The translations under genes and the position numbers were made by a program. The notes under the pieces were generated by a model. It was not told the DNA's origin. It ran no database searches and worked only from the letters and a program-made list of their open reading frames with translations. A DNA stretch of 64,000 bases from Myxococcota bacterium (GTDB lineage: Bacteria > Myxococcota_A > SURF-8). Location: contig OZ223209.1 of the NCBI GenBank assembly GCA_965140415.1, forward strand, positions 1,056,001 to 1,120,000, written 5' to 3'. Each line of letters begins with the position of its first letter. Position 1 is the stretch's first letter. Of this stretch, positions 1 to 9,176 are shown piece by piece.

Positions 1-2
1 AT

Positions 3-320
3 CTGGCCATCGCCGTAGACGGCGAGAACTGGGTGATTCTCGACACTGTAATCACCGAAGAACTGCGCCGGGAAGGGTTGATGCGCGAACTGCTGCGTCG
101 CCTGCAAGTGCAGCGCAAGGAGATCGGTCTGGAGATCGAGGACCGCATTAATATCACGGTGCAAAGCGACTCCGACACCATGCAGCAGATCTTCACTGAG
201 TATGGCGACTATCTCAAAGAGGAACTTTTAGCCGTGGAACTGACGATGGGTGAGGCGGCTGACGGCAAAGCTTATAAGCTCGATGGTGAGCAGGCCACGA
301 TCCTGATCGAGAAAGCCTGA
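3..320 (+). CDS. ileS: Isoleucine--tRNA ligase, C-terminal end (5' partial)
   Basis: LDTVITEELRREGLMRELLRRLQVQRKEIGLEIEDRI matches the C-terminal domain of type-2 IleRS; the frame is open from the window edge. Confidence 0.85.
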   Translation: MAIAVDGENWVILDTVITEELRREGLMRELLRRLQVQRKEIGLEIEDRINITVQSDSDTMQQIFTEYGDYLKEELLAVELTMGEAADGKAYKLDGEQATILIEKA

Positions 321-349
321 TACGAAAACTCATAGAGTTTGATTCTATT

Positions 350-381
350 ACGCGGGATGTCCAGTGGGTGTCCCGCGTTTT
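350..381. terminator. Hairpin between convergent genes, probable intrinsic terminator
   Basis: ACGCGGGA-TGTCC-agt-GGGTG-TCCCGCGT followed by TTT; lies between the ileS stop (320) and the stop of the 380..1672 gene. Confidence 0.65.
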
Positions 382-1672
382 ACGTTTTGGGATTCATCTG
401 CTCGTAGTGAGCAAGCGCGTTGGCGATGCGCTCGACCAGTCCAAGTACGCCGTCGTATCCCATAAACGGCATGGGCAGCAGATGGTGGGTAAAATAAGAG
501 TGATACCCCAACTCGATGTGGGCGAATGGAAATTTGATGTGTGCTGTATTGAATGAAGGAGAAATCAGTGCGTTTATCTGATTGAGATGATATTCTATCT
601 CTAACAAGTTAATCAAATCCGAAAAATCGGCATCGAATTTAACGGAGCTGTATTTTTCCTTTTGATCGTCTGCTGAAATATGGCGTTTGTCGGCGGTGGC
701 GATTGTGGCTGCGATTTCTGCTCCAAAGAACCGCAAGGCTTCCCCTAAAGCAACGATGAAATAGGGATCGCCCATTAACGCAAAGCGTTTTCCAAGCAAA
801 TAGCGTTCGACTGGAATGCGTAGTTTAGGCAGGATTTCCGCTTCCATCGTTTCGATAATGGACTCGGCGCGAGCTTGTTCGTTGCAGGCTTCTGCCACTA
901 CCCGGAGAAAATCAGCACAGCCTTCCACGCCGATGGGCAGAGGTGCTTCCACTACCTGTGAGCCTGTGCGCCGGGCCAGGATCTGTGCCGCTTTGCGACC
1001 ATAAGGTAGAGATATCAGAATTCCGGCCTGTGCCACTTGTGCCAGCTCTTGGCAGGTTTCACCGGAAAACCAGATTGTACCCGGCGTCAATCCGAGCATA
1101 GACAGCAGCAGACGGATCTGTTGCAGGTTGGCTTGATGATCGCTTTCGTTGCGGTCCATGAAATAACCGATGACCGCCACCGTTTTGGGAATGGGTTTTG
1201 CTTCGGGAAGTGGAAGACGTTTTGCCAGTTCGGAAAGCATGGAGCCATAGCCGTCGAGCCAGTCTAGTTGCAGTTCTCCCTGAACCAAAGGGAGAACCGG
1301 TTTGTTGTATCGATCCTGTGCATCTTCGAAAATAGGGTCGTAGTCGCGGTGTGTCGCTTCGACCATCGTAGACGCCGTGACGGCGATAGCGGAAAACGCT
1401 GGGTCTTGACCTACTTGATTCAGCGCCTTTTCTAACGAGGAGGTATCTCCCATCGAACAGACGGGAATTGTGAGTTGTGTATTGATATGGCGCGGATTGG
1501 GAATACGAGCCAGCGTACTGAACCAGTCGTGGCTGCCGCTGATGCGCGTGGTTTTATTCATGTAACAGTCCGGCGCGTCGCTGATCAGCGCCAGATCGGC
1601 AATGGCGTTGGCGGCGAAATAGACACCATCGGAAAAAACCGGACATAATGAAGGTAGGTACTTGCTGATCAT
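380..1672 (-). CDS. Nitrogenase component-1-like oxidoreductase subunit (divergent NifK/BchB/NflD-like)
   Basis: GVYFAANAIADLALISDAPDC, PLPIGVEGCADFLRVVA, LGKRFALMGDP and C-terminal PFMGYDGVLGLVERIANA resemble the component-1 fold; ATGA overlap with the upstream gene. Confidence 0.8.
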   Translation of the reverse strand: MISKYLPSLCPVFSDGVYFAANAIADLALISDAPDCYMNKTTRISGSHDWFSTLARIPNPRHINTQLTIPVCSMGDTSSLEKALNQVGQDPAFSAIAVTASTMVEATHRDYDPIFEDAQDRYNKPVLPLVQGELQLDWLDGYGSMLSELAKRLPLPEAKPIPKTVAVIGYFMDRNESDHQANLQQIRLLLSMLGLTPGTIWFSGETCQELAQVAQAGILISLPYGRKAAQILARRTGSQVVEAPLPIGVEGCADFLRVVAEACNEQARAESIIETMEAEILPKLRIPVERYLLGKRFALMGDPYFIVALGEALRFFGAEIAATIATADKRHISADDQKEKYSSVKFDADFSDLINLLEIEYHLNQINALISPSFNTAHIKFPFAHIELGYHSYFTHHLLPMPFMGYDGVLGLVERIANALAHYEQMNPKT

Positions 1673-3840
1673 GACTCGTGTGTTTTCCTTATTCGGTCAG
1701 CGATCCGTCTATAATAAGGCGTTTCACAGCGTTGCATGAGACGCTCGAAGCTGCGGTCCGCACCTTGGAAACCCATTTCGAAATCGCGCACGGAGAAAGT
1801 CGGTTTTCCTACGGTGAAAGCGCGTTCTTCGTGACTGTAATCGCTGTACACCGCGCCGATCTCCGGTTGGACGAGTAGATGCTGTAATTCTTCTTGGGTG
1901 CTGAAACATTCGACTTGAAGTTCGCTTAAATCCACCGTTTCTTCCTTGCTTGTTGCTAGCAATTCGCGAAGGGAAGGGCAGAAGTCTGGAATGGAAGCAT
2001 CTTCGAAAACCAGCGCCCGGCAGGAAAAACCGAACTCTCGCAATACACGAAGAAGTGAGAGGCCATCATTGGAGAGTGGCTCCCAGATGCGTCGTAGCTG
2101 GCTTGCTTCAACAACGAAGGCCAGTGTGATCGATGCACTTCGCTGCTGCCATTGTTGCAATTGACGTTGCAGATCCTGTTCGATCTTTGCATAAGCGGCT
2201 TGCCAGCGGTCGGATAGATCAAGTGCTTGTGCGATTGCCTCGCACCATAGGCGCGTCGCTTCAATTCCAAATGGTGCTGGAGGTTGGATATGTGGAATGT
2301 TTTCGAATGACTCGAACAGGTTTTTAAGATTTTCTTCGAACGTATTGGAAATCGGAAAGACCTGTAACCAGGCTTGATGGAAACCGGTTAGCTGAGCCGG
2401 TTCGAGGTTCGGAATCACTTGTGCAGAAACTTCGATGCCGCTGTTATTTAAGCTGTGTACCAGTTCCTGAGTGTCGGGTCCGGCAGGCAAGCCGATCAAG
2501 GCGACCGAAGGCAGTTCGTTACGCTTGGGCGGCATGGCCGGGTCGATCAGTTTTTCGAACAGCATCCGCAGGGAAGCTTCCGGCGAAATGAAATAATCTT
2601 CCGGGTAAAAGGGGAAGACCTCCAGTTTGGAATCCTGCTTGATCTCGTTTAAAAGTGCGTTTACATTTTGACCCAGTAATTTGAACAAACAGGTTTTACG
2701 GATGACATAGGTGCGCTCCGGGTTGGCGTTATTCGCGCTTTCCAGTAACAAACCACGCAAAACGTCTTCTCCGCCGGTCAGCAGGGCGTCATGTCCGCGA
2801 ATGTCGGTGGCCAGGGTAGAGGAGGTATGGTCAAGGTGATTTCCCTGCCCCTCGTGAGAACGCAGATTGTATAACGAATATTCCTGCTTTGGAATTGCCG
2901 GGGAAATACTCATGCAGGCGCGGTCGGCATGTTGAATGAGCGATACGTTCGGCGCATCCATCCAACGAAAAGCATGACGGCTTTCAATTTCACCTACTGC
3001 CATAAATTGCCGCCAGCGTGTTTCAGGCGGCAGAAAATAATAGCTATCCAGTTGTTTCACGGCTCCAAGTTGTAGAATACTGGCCAAGGCAGGTGAGATT
3101 TCGTCGGAATAGGTTTGTTGTCCTTCGAACTTGGGTAGTATTCGTGCAATTGCAAAGCCGACTGCTCGCTCCACCTGGTGCTCGATTGTTTCGCGCTCTT
3201 GTGCGCTACGTTCATCCGTATTCTGATAGAGCGACAGAAAACCGCGTTGGAGTAATAGGCGGCTTTCTCCATGCGTCTTGGGGTGCGTCTCGGTTTGTCG
3301 GGGATCGCTTATCCGTAGATCGAAACTTACTTTTATTTGTCCATCGGAAAAGATCAACTGGACGGAATTTCGCCCGGGAAGGACTTGCTTGATGCGGTAA
3401 CGATGCCAGCCGGATCGCTCCGGCTCGAACCAGTTCGTAATTCGCGAAATACATTCTTCGGCCTGGATTCCTTCTTCCGAATTTTCCAGTGGTATCAGTG
3501 CGCAAAACGATGGCCTGGAAAGGGAAGAGGAAAGTGTGCGTCCCAGGATGTGAAGCAACTCGTTTTCAAGTCCGGTCTGCTTGCTTTCCACTTTGCCGAA
3601 GGCAAAGCAGCCGGGCAGGTTGTCCAGTTTCTTTCCGATTCCTTCGAGCCAGGAGATGTGGACCGTTCCAAGGGAACTCTCGAACAAGAAACTCAATGAG
3701 CCATCCACTTCGGGAAAGGCGCTGACGTCCCAGGGCTGACCGCTGCGACGTGTGGCCAGCGCTGCCGCGATACGAGCCAGCGCGTGGCAACCCAGGTCCG
3801 GTCGCAGGCGGATATCGAGCGTTCCTTCGGGCGATGTCAT
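1669..3840 (-). CDS. Nitrogenase component-1-like subunit with ~280-aa unknown N-terminal extension
   Basis: HADRAC, TDIRGHDALLTGGEDVL, KTCLFKLLGQNV, PAPFGIEATRLWCEAIA and MGFQGA resemble component-1 motifs from about residue 300; ATGA overlaps on both sides. Confidence 0.7.
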   Translation of the reverse strand: MTSPEGTLDIRLRPDLGCHALARIAAALATRRSGQPWDVSAFPEVDGSLSFLFESSLGTVHISWLEGIGKKLDNLPGCFAFGKVESKQTGLENELLHILGRTLSSSLSRPSFCALIPLENSEEGIQAEECISRITNWFEPERSGWHRYRIKQVLPGRNSVQLIFSDGQIKVSFDLRISDPRQTETHPKTHGESRLLLQRGFLSLYQNTDERSAQERETIEHQVERAVGFAIARILPKFEGQQTYSDEISPALASILQLGAVKQLDSYYFLPPETRWRQFMAVGEIESRHAFRWMDAPNVSLIQHADRACMSISPAIPKQEYSLYNLRSHEGQGNHLDHTSSTLATDIRGHDALLTGGEDVLRGLLLESANNANPERTYVIRKTCLFKLLGQNVNALLNEIKQDSKLEVFPFYPEDYFISPEASLRMLFEKLIDPAMPPKRNELPSVALIGLPAGPDTQELVHSLNNSGIEVSAQVIPNLEPAQLTGFHQAWLQVFPISNTFEENLKNLFESFENIPHIQPPAPFGIEATRLWCEAIAQALDLSDRWQAAYAKIEQDLQRQLQQWQQRSASITLAFVVEASQLRRIWEPLSNDGLSLLRVLREFGFSCRALVFEDASIPDFCPSLRELLATSKEETVDLSELQVECFSTQEELQHLLVQPEIGAVYSDYSHEERAFTVGKPTFSVRDFEMGFQGADRSFERLMQRCETPYYRRIADRIRKTHES

Positions 3841-4679
3841 AAGGAACTACCCCGTTGTGTCTGGATGAAACTGAAGAAGGCTTCATCGTCCAGCGGTGTG
3901 GGCAGTACGAGATCCTTATCGGGCAGGCGTTCAAGTTGTTGCGACAGCGCCTCGAAGCGCTTGGATGCTTCGGATTGCGGCGCATATTCGGAGACCGTTT
4001 GCCCGTGGATTTCGGCTTCTCCTATCAAGGGATCGCGCGGCATGACGGCCAGAATCGGAGCGCCAAGCTGCTCTGCAAAACGTTCAGGCAAAGAAACGGG
4101 AACGCTGTTGTCTCGTCGATTGACGACGATGCCTGCCAGACGGATACCACTGCGTTGCAACCGTACAATGGCGCGTGCGATGTTGTTGGCGGCAAACAGC
4201 GACATCACTTCTTCGCTGATGACCAGCACGACCATATCGGCAAAACCTTTGCGCAAAGGCGCGGCAAAACCACCGCAAACCACGTCGCCGAGGATGTCGA
4301 ACACGATGGCCTTGTAGCCGTTACGCTGGTAGTCGTTTTCCTCCAGCATACTTAATACGCGAGCCACGCCCCAGCCTCCGCAACCCAAACCGGGTTCGGG
4401 GCCGCCCGCCTCGATGCAGTCGATATCCGCAGCACCTTTCCGGATGAACTGGTTCAGGTGCAATTCTCCATCTTGGATTTCGATCAATTTGGAGGCGACC
4501 GTCACCGGGCGCTCCCCGTGTGTCAACAGAATGGTCGAATCGCTTTTCGGATCACAGCCGACGTGCAGGACTTTTCCACCGCGCAAGGCGAACTGCATGG
4601 ACAGATTGGCGGAAATCGTCGATTTACCGATGCCGCCTTTTCCGTATATCGCCAGTTTTACCGTTTCTCGTTCGAACAT
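3837..4679 (-). CDS. Nitrogenase iron protein-like ATPase (NifH/BchL/CfbC family)
   Basis: YGKGGIGKST, GCDPKSDST, GGPEPGLGCGG and DILGDVVCGGFAAP; both [4Fe-4S] Cys ligands are present. Confidence 0.95.
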   Translation of the reverse strand: MFERETVKLAIYGKGGIGKSTISANLSMQFALRGGKVLHVGCDPKSDSTILLTHGERPVTVASKLIEIQDGELHLNQFIRKGAADIDCIEAGGPEPGLGCGGWGVARVLSMLEENDYQRNGYKAIVFDILGDVVCGGFAAPLRKGFADMVVLVISEEVMSLFAANNIARAIVRLQRSGIRLAGIVVNRRDNSVPVSLPERFAEQLGAPILAVMPRDPLIGEAEIHGQTVSEYAPQSEASKRFEALSQQLERLPDKDLVLPTPLDDEAFFSFIQTQRGSSL

Positions 4680-4718
4680 AAACGTGTCACTCTCATATGA
4701 TAGACGTATATAACAGCG

Positions 4719-4747
4719 ATACTAAATAGTTTGCGTGGTGAGCGCAA
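4719..4747 (-). promoter_or_regulatory. Putative sigma70-type promoter of the nitrogenase-like operon
   Basis: Minus strand TTGCGC-17 bp-TAGTAT about 40 bp upstream of the ATG. Confidence 0.4.
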
Positions 4748-4805
4748 GGTAAAAAGGGGGCTGTGTCCGTTCGTGTTTAGAGGTAGCCTTTATAAAGAGT
4801 AATCG

Positions 4806-5996
4806 TTACTGTGGGTCACTGTCTGGGAGTGAATGCTGGGATTGCTGCATACGAATCCAGGGAGCGAGCGTCTGTCCCACGACCTTGTTTCCCAGTCGAT
4901 TCCAGTGGAAGTCTTTATCGAAGTAAACCTTTTCCCCCCGCCGTTCGTAGGTTTGCAGATTTGTGAGTAGATCGAATGTTGGAATCGAAAGCGACGCGGT
5001 GGTTTGTTGCAATAGGCGATTAGGTTGGGTCCAGTCGATCTGCTCATCGGTAACCTGCTTTTCCAACTCCGCCTGCTCCTGTGGCCGCACCTGTTCTCGC
5101 GAAGGCGCCAGTGCGTAAAGCAGGGTGATGCCACGCCGGTCCAATTCGGTTTTCATTTCATTTAAAATGGCTCGTTCGACCCGGATTCCCTGTTCGATAC
5201 GAGGAAGCTGCTGCACTAGAAAAATTTCGTTGATGTAAGCGGTCGCTTTCGTTTTTTCGAGCGTTTTATCCAGTGAGTCCAGAGCGTGATACAGCACCCG
5301 GAACAGGTAGGAACGTTGGTAGAGACCCATCCATTTTCCCATGGTGCGTAAGGCCCAGCGTTCCGCGAAATCGCCGGAGGGTTTTGTTAGCGGCAGTCCA
5401 TGCGTTTGCAGCTCTCCGTTTGCTGACAGGCTGAAACTCGGGCGGGGATAGATTTCCAAGTTGGGACGGTCCGCGAGGTTGTCGTACAGGTCGTTTCCAG
5501 GATAAGCCATTACCAAAACAATATCCGGCTCAAACGCAAGCACGTCGCGTTGCAATTGCAGCCATTGTTGGCCACGACCGAAGCCGCTTACTCCGAAATT
5601 GAGCACCTCGTAGTTTTTTCCTAGTTGCCGCTCCAGCACTTCGGTGAAAATTTCGTCGTTATTCACGGAAAATCCCCAGGTGAACGAATCACCCAGTACG
5701 GCGATGCGACGTATGTTTTTCGGTTTTTCAAGGAAGTATTCTCGGTCGCGCATGCCGGAAGAATTGATGCTCACCTGGACTTTGAACTCATCGCCTTGTG
5801 AGAACTCGCCTTGGGTGTTTGGGATGCAGTGCCAGCCCAGATGATCGTCGAATTCGAAGAAAACGAACTGATTTCCCTGCTGTACGAATGAGTCCGTAAA
5901 TGACCACCTGGCCGCCAGTTCCGCCCCCAAAACGATCAGTCCGATCAGGACAAGATTCACAATGATAATGGTAAAAGCTTGTTTCAAATTTTTCAT
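4806..5996 (-). CDS. SGNH/GDSL hydrolase family protein, membrane-anchored (AlgX/AlgJ-like)
   Basis: N-terminal TM helix, INSSGMRD, VLGDSFTWG, NFGVSGFG, GND and DFHWN motifs. Confidence 0.85.
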   Translation of the reverse strand: MKNLKQAFTIIIVNLVLIGLIVLGAELAARWSFTDSFVQQGNQFVFFEFDDHLGWHCIPNTQGEFSQGDEFKVQVSINSSGMRDREYFLEKPKNIRRIAVLGDSFTWGFSVNNDEIFTEVLERQLGKNYEVLNFGVSGFGRGQQWLQLQRDVLAFEPDIVLVMAYPGNDLYDNLADRPNLEIYPRPSFSLSANGELQTHGLPLTKPSGDFAERWALRTMGKWMGLYQRSYLFRVLYHALDSLDKTLEKTKATAYINEIFLVQQLPRIEQGIRVERAILNEMKTELDRRGITLLYALAPSREQVRPQEQAELEKQVTDEQIDWTQPNRLLQQTTASLSIPTFDLLTNLQTYERRGEKVYFDKDFHWNRLGNKVVGQTLAPWIRMQQSQHSLPDSDPQ

Positions 5997-6181
5997 GAAA
6001 CTCTTTCAGCGATCCTGGTTTCAACAATACATACAAAGGCATATTTCATGCATCTGTACGGATTGTATTAGAAGTTTGTCTATTCCGGCTAAAGCGCTTT
6101 ACAGAAAGGATTTCCTTGCTCATAATAGCACGATCTGCATTCGATTTGAATACGTGAGTCCAAAAATCAGGAGATGACATC

Positions 6182-8299
6182 ATGCGGCGGAAGCGACTGT
6201 TGAAGGGGACGTCTTGGAAATACAAGGCTATGATATTGTTTGTGTATATGCTGCTACTGATTCCTTCTTCGGCGTTTGGCTGGGGAGCGGGAATGCACGC
6301 GACAATGACCTCCCACGCCCACGAGCGCATGACGTCGCGCTGGGCGTCCGCCTTGGATCATGGATTGATGCTGCACGGTTCCTACGGGCCGGATGTCTGG
6401 TATATCCTGTCGGACGACTTTATGAGCATGTTATGCCCGATTGCCTGCGGCGGGGACGATGGCCGCATTTCCAATGAATGCTGGGGGCGCTATACCGACC
6501 CGGATCGCAGCTTTGCCTATTCGCGTCATCTGCTGGTGAATTGCGAAACCATACAGGAGCTCTCCTGGTCATTCGGTTATGCGGCACACACGGTTGAGGA
6601 TTGGCGCGGTCATCTCGAATATATCATTCCGGATTGGCGCAGCCCAGAAGGCGATCTCTACAGCCGTCACACCATGATCGACTCTACCGGAGCGGCCCTG
6701 GCATTTAATGTATGGGGATTTCATGGCTATCCCACGCGTTTTCCGGTGGATCGGGAAATTTTCGGTTACAAAGACGGCGGTTTTCTGAGCACTGAAAACT
6801 TCGAGCAGACCGGCGGACGGGATCCCGAAGCAGGGTTGATTGTCGGTGTGCGGGAATTGTCCAACGGTGATCGCATCGCACAGTGGAACGGTGGTTTGAA
6901 TCCTGAAATTCGAGGTGTCGGCGGGGAGGATATCTGTCGTGTCAGCAATGCTGCCAGCCTGGGTTCGGCCTCGGAAGGTATTTTGGCAGCGCAGTATGGC
7001 ATGACAGATTATGACGCCTACGGAAACGATTTCCCGATCGTCGTTGAAGATGGCGCCGTGGCGATCGACTGCGGCACGAACTATTGCCAGCGATTCGACA
7101 GCGAACTGGGCGGAGGCGGCGGTATGGCCTGCCAGGTGAATATGGGCGCGATCAGTGGGTTGGCGCAATGGGACAGCTATTTAAAACCGGCGGATGAAAG
7201 CTCCGAAGAGATCGTGGTGAACCGGGAGGAAGTCGAAGAGTGGATGGACAAAATCGCCGGGGAATTCAGCCACGGCGGTGTGCGTATGGACGACAATGCG
7301 CTATTCGGCATCGACCCGGATACGGGCAAGAGCACGTTGCATCTGGAAGGCGTTGACGGGCGCGATTATACCTACGGTCGCACCATGCCTGAAATCGTGG
7401 ATGAGGTATTGGACCTCAACATTCAAGACGTTACGGATCAGCTATTCGAAAATGGACACGTAATAGGAACGGTGTTGCAGTCGCGTTTGTCACCATTGGA
7501 GAAAGCGCGTTTTGTGGCCTTCGGTTTTCATTATCGACCTCGCATGAGCGCCTGGCCGGACAGTCTCCCATATGAAGATGCTTCCGTGCAGCTTTCGCCG
7601 CTAGCGCCCGGTCCCTTTGCCAGCGTGCAGTTGCCCGTCGATCTGAGACCGGAAGAAACGAATGCCGCCCCGGAGATGGTGTTTCCGTATTATCTGGCCA
7701 CCCTGCGCTTCGATCCCGAGAGCCTGTATGGGCAGGGGCGCATCGAAGGCGGGGTCAGCTATCGTGATGCGGAAGGGAACATCGATGGCGAAGAAACAGG
7801 CTTTACGCTTGACTGGCCAGCCGCAACCTTGACGCAGCCGGGGGAAATGGCCAGCTTGAAGGAAGAAGAAGGCGAACAGGTTCTGCGCATCGTTCTGGAT
7901 AATCGCGAGGGTGGCTGGTTCTATTACCCGGAAGGCGAGAAAGATCGTGCTCTGATGCTGCAATTGAATCTGGTCGTTACCGACGAAACCCAGCCACCGT
8001 TCGACTGGCTCTGGGACATCGAATTAGCCGGATATTGCGATGCACCCGACTTGACTGCTCCCGCCGCTCCGCCTTCGGATAACAAAGCTTGCCCGCTTGC
8101 CAAACCCGATTTTCCCGAGCCGGAATCGGATGGCGACATGGAAACGGATGCCAATCTGTCGGATGGCGATCTGGATAATACTGGCAACGACGGCAGTGAC
8201 GACGGCTGCCGGAGCGCCTCTGAGGCTCCGTCTGTCTGGTTGCTCCTGTTGATTGGATTGGCACTGTACAGAAGAAAAAGGTGGGTGTATAGAAAGTAA
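6182..8299 (+). CDS. Secreted zinc-dependent phospholipase C/P1-nuclease-like protein with MYXO-CTERM-like anchor
   Basis: Signal peptide ending AFG, then WGAGMH, GSYGPD and AHTVED..H metal motifs; tail DGCRSASEAPSVWLLLLIGLALYRRKR. Confidence 0.6.
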   Translation: MRRKRLLKGTSWKYKAMILFVYMLLLIPSSAFGWGAGMHATMTSHAHERMTSRWASALDHGLMLHGSYGPDVWYILSDDFMSMLCPIACGGDDGRISNECWGRYTDPDRSFAYSRHLLVNCETIQELSWSFGYAAHTVEDWRGHLEYIIPDWRSPEGDLYSRHTMIDSTGAALAFNVWGFHGYPTRFPVDREIFGYKDGGFLSTENFEQTGGRDPEAGLIVGVRELSNGDRIAQWNGGLNPEIRGVGGEDICRVSNAASLGSASEGILAAQYGMTDYDAYGNDFPIVVEDGAVAIDCGTNYCQRFDSELGGGGGMACQVNMGAISGLAQWDSYLKPADESSEEIVVNREEVEEWMDKIAGEFSHGGVRMDDNALFGIDPDTGKSTLHLEGVDGRDYTYGRTMPEIVDEVLDLNIQDVTDQLFENGHVIGTVLQSRLSPLEKARFVAFGFHYRPRMSAWPDSLPYEDASVQLSPLAPGPFASVQLPVDLRPEETNAAPEMVFPYYLATLRFDPESLYGQGRIEGGVSYRDAEGNIDGEETGFTLDWPAATLTQPGEMASLKEEEGEQVLRIVLDNREGGWFYYPEGEKDRALMLQLNLVVTDETQPPFDWLWDIELAGYCDAPDLTAPAAPPSDNKACPLAKPDFPEPESDGDMETDANLSDGDLDNTGNDGSDDGCRSASEAPSVWLLLLIGLALYRRKRWVYRK

Positions 8300-8472
8300 A
8301 ATGAATATATAATGGGTGGTGTAATGTAGGTTTTGGTGGTATGGTAATGTACATGTTGAAGTCCTACCTCAATAGAAAACGATTTATCGGGGGAACGCGA
8401 AGGATTGAAGGTAAATGTTATTATCGTTCCCAACGGAATGTAACCTAATGGAAGGAGTGAGAAGGGGGAAAA

Positions 8473-8928
8473 ATGATTCCTAAAAATGAGAGCGACAAAA
8501 TCGATGTTCTGAAAATGCAATTCAATCAAGTTTATCAGGAATCCAGGCGCTACAGCGATATGAATTGGAAGAATCCTACTGTAGCAGCAACAGCCATGAT
8601 CGGTCTTGTTGCAATACTTAAGCAAGTTCAATTTTCAATAACCGATTCGAACTATCCGATGATCCTTGCATTCATTGTACTTATTGCAGTTGGAAGCCAC
8701 ATAAGATTGATATTCGTAAGAAGCTGTTTAACGATAAATCGTACTATTATGAATAATTGTAGAGAAGCGCTGTCTCTTTTTGAAGAGAAGGCATACCATC
8801 AAGAGAAATCGATTCTTCCAAAGGGATGGCTTAATACGACAGGGAATACTTGGTTCCATTGCTTTTTGCACCTTACAGTTTTTGGCGCAATGCTTCTCGC
8901 AATCATATTGCTTAACGGAATGAATTAA
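8473..8928 (+). CDS. Hypothetical membrane protein (about three TM helices), AT-rich
   Basis: 151-aa ORF with a GGGGG RBS-like run and hydrophobic segments; composition visibly more AT-rich than the flanks. Confidence 0.6.
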   Translation: MIPKNESDKIDVLKMQFNQVYQESRRYSDMNWKNPTVAATAMIGLVAILKQVQFSITDSNYPMILAFIVLIAVGSHIRLIFVRSCLTINRTIMNNCREALSLFEEKAYHQEKSILPKGWLNTTGNTWFHCFLHLTVFGAMLLAIILLNGMN

Positions 8929-9032
8929 TATTAAGACAAGCTAACCAAGGCTGAAGCTGTCGTTAAAAATCGAGAAAACTTACAGTCTGATTAAATTCTG
9001 CTATTTCCACATCACCAACCCCGACGAATTCT

Positions 9033-9176
9033 GTAGTGTGCGTTTACGGTCATTTAGGTGTCATTTACGTGCTTCTCCGGTCGAGCGAATTTTTGATGTG
9101 GTCATGTAGTGTTCGTTAGGGTCATTTAGTGTTGCTTTATGTGTCAGGTAGTGTGCGTTTACGGTCATCTACGGTC
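9033..9176. repeat. Degenerate intergenic direct-repeat array
   Basis: GTAGTGTGCGTTTACGGTCAT at 9033-9053 and 9148-9168, a degenerate copy near 9106-9128, and several GTCAT(T/C/G)TA submotifs. Confidence 0.7.

Noticed and set aside
380-4679. Bona fide nitrogen fixation (nifHDK)
   Set aside because: Cys ligand set looks incomplete, the conserved Fe-protein Arg is replaced, and there are no nifB/E/N genes or sigma54 motif in the window
8400-8970. Integron cassette with attC
   Set aside because: The CTAAC...GTTAAAA segment after the gene is too short and does not fit the RYYYAAC/GTTRRRY boxes; no integron integrase is present
9033-9176. Mini-CRISPR
   Set aside because: Only two exact 21-mers, the intervening sequence is itself repeat-like, and no cas genes are present
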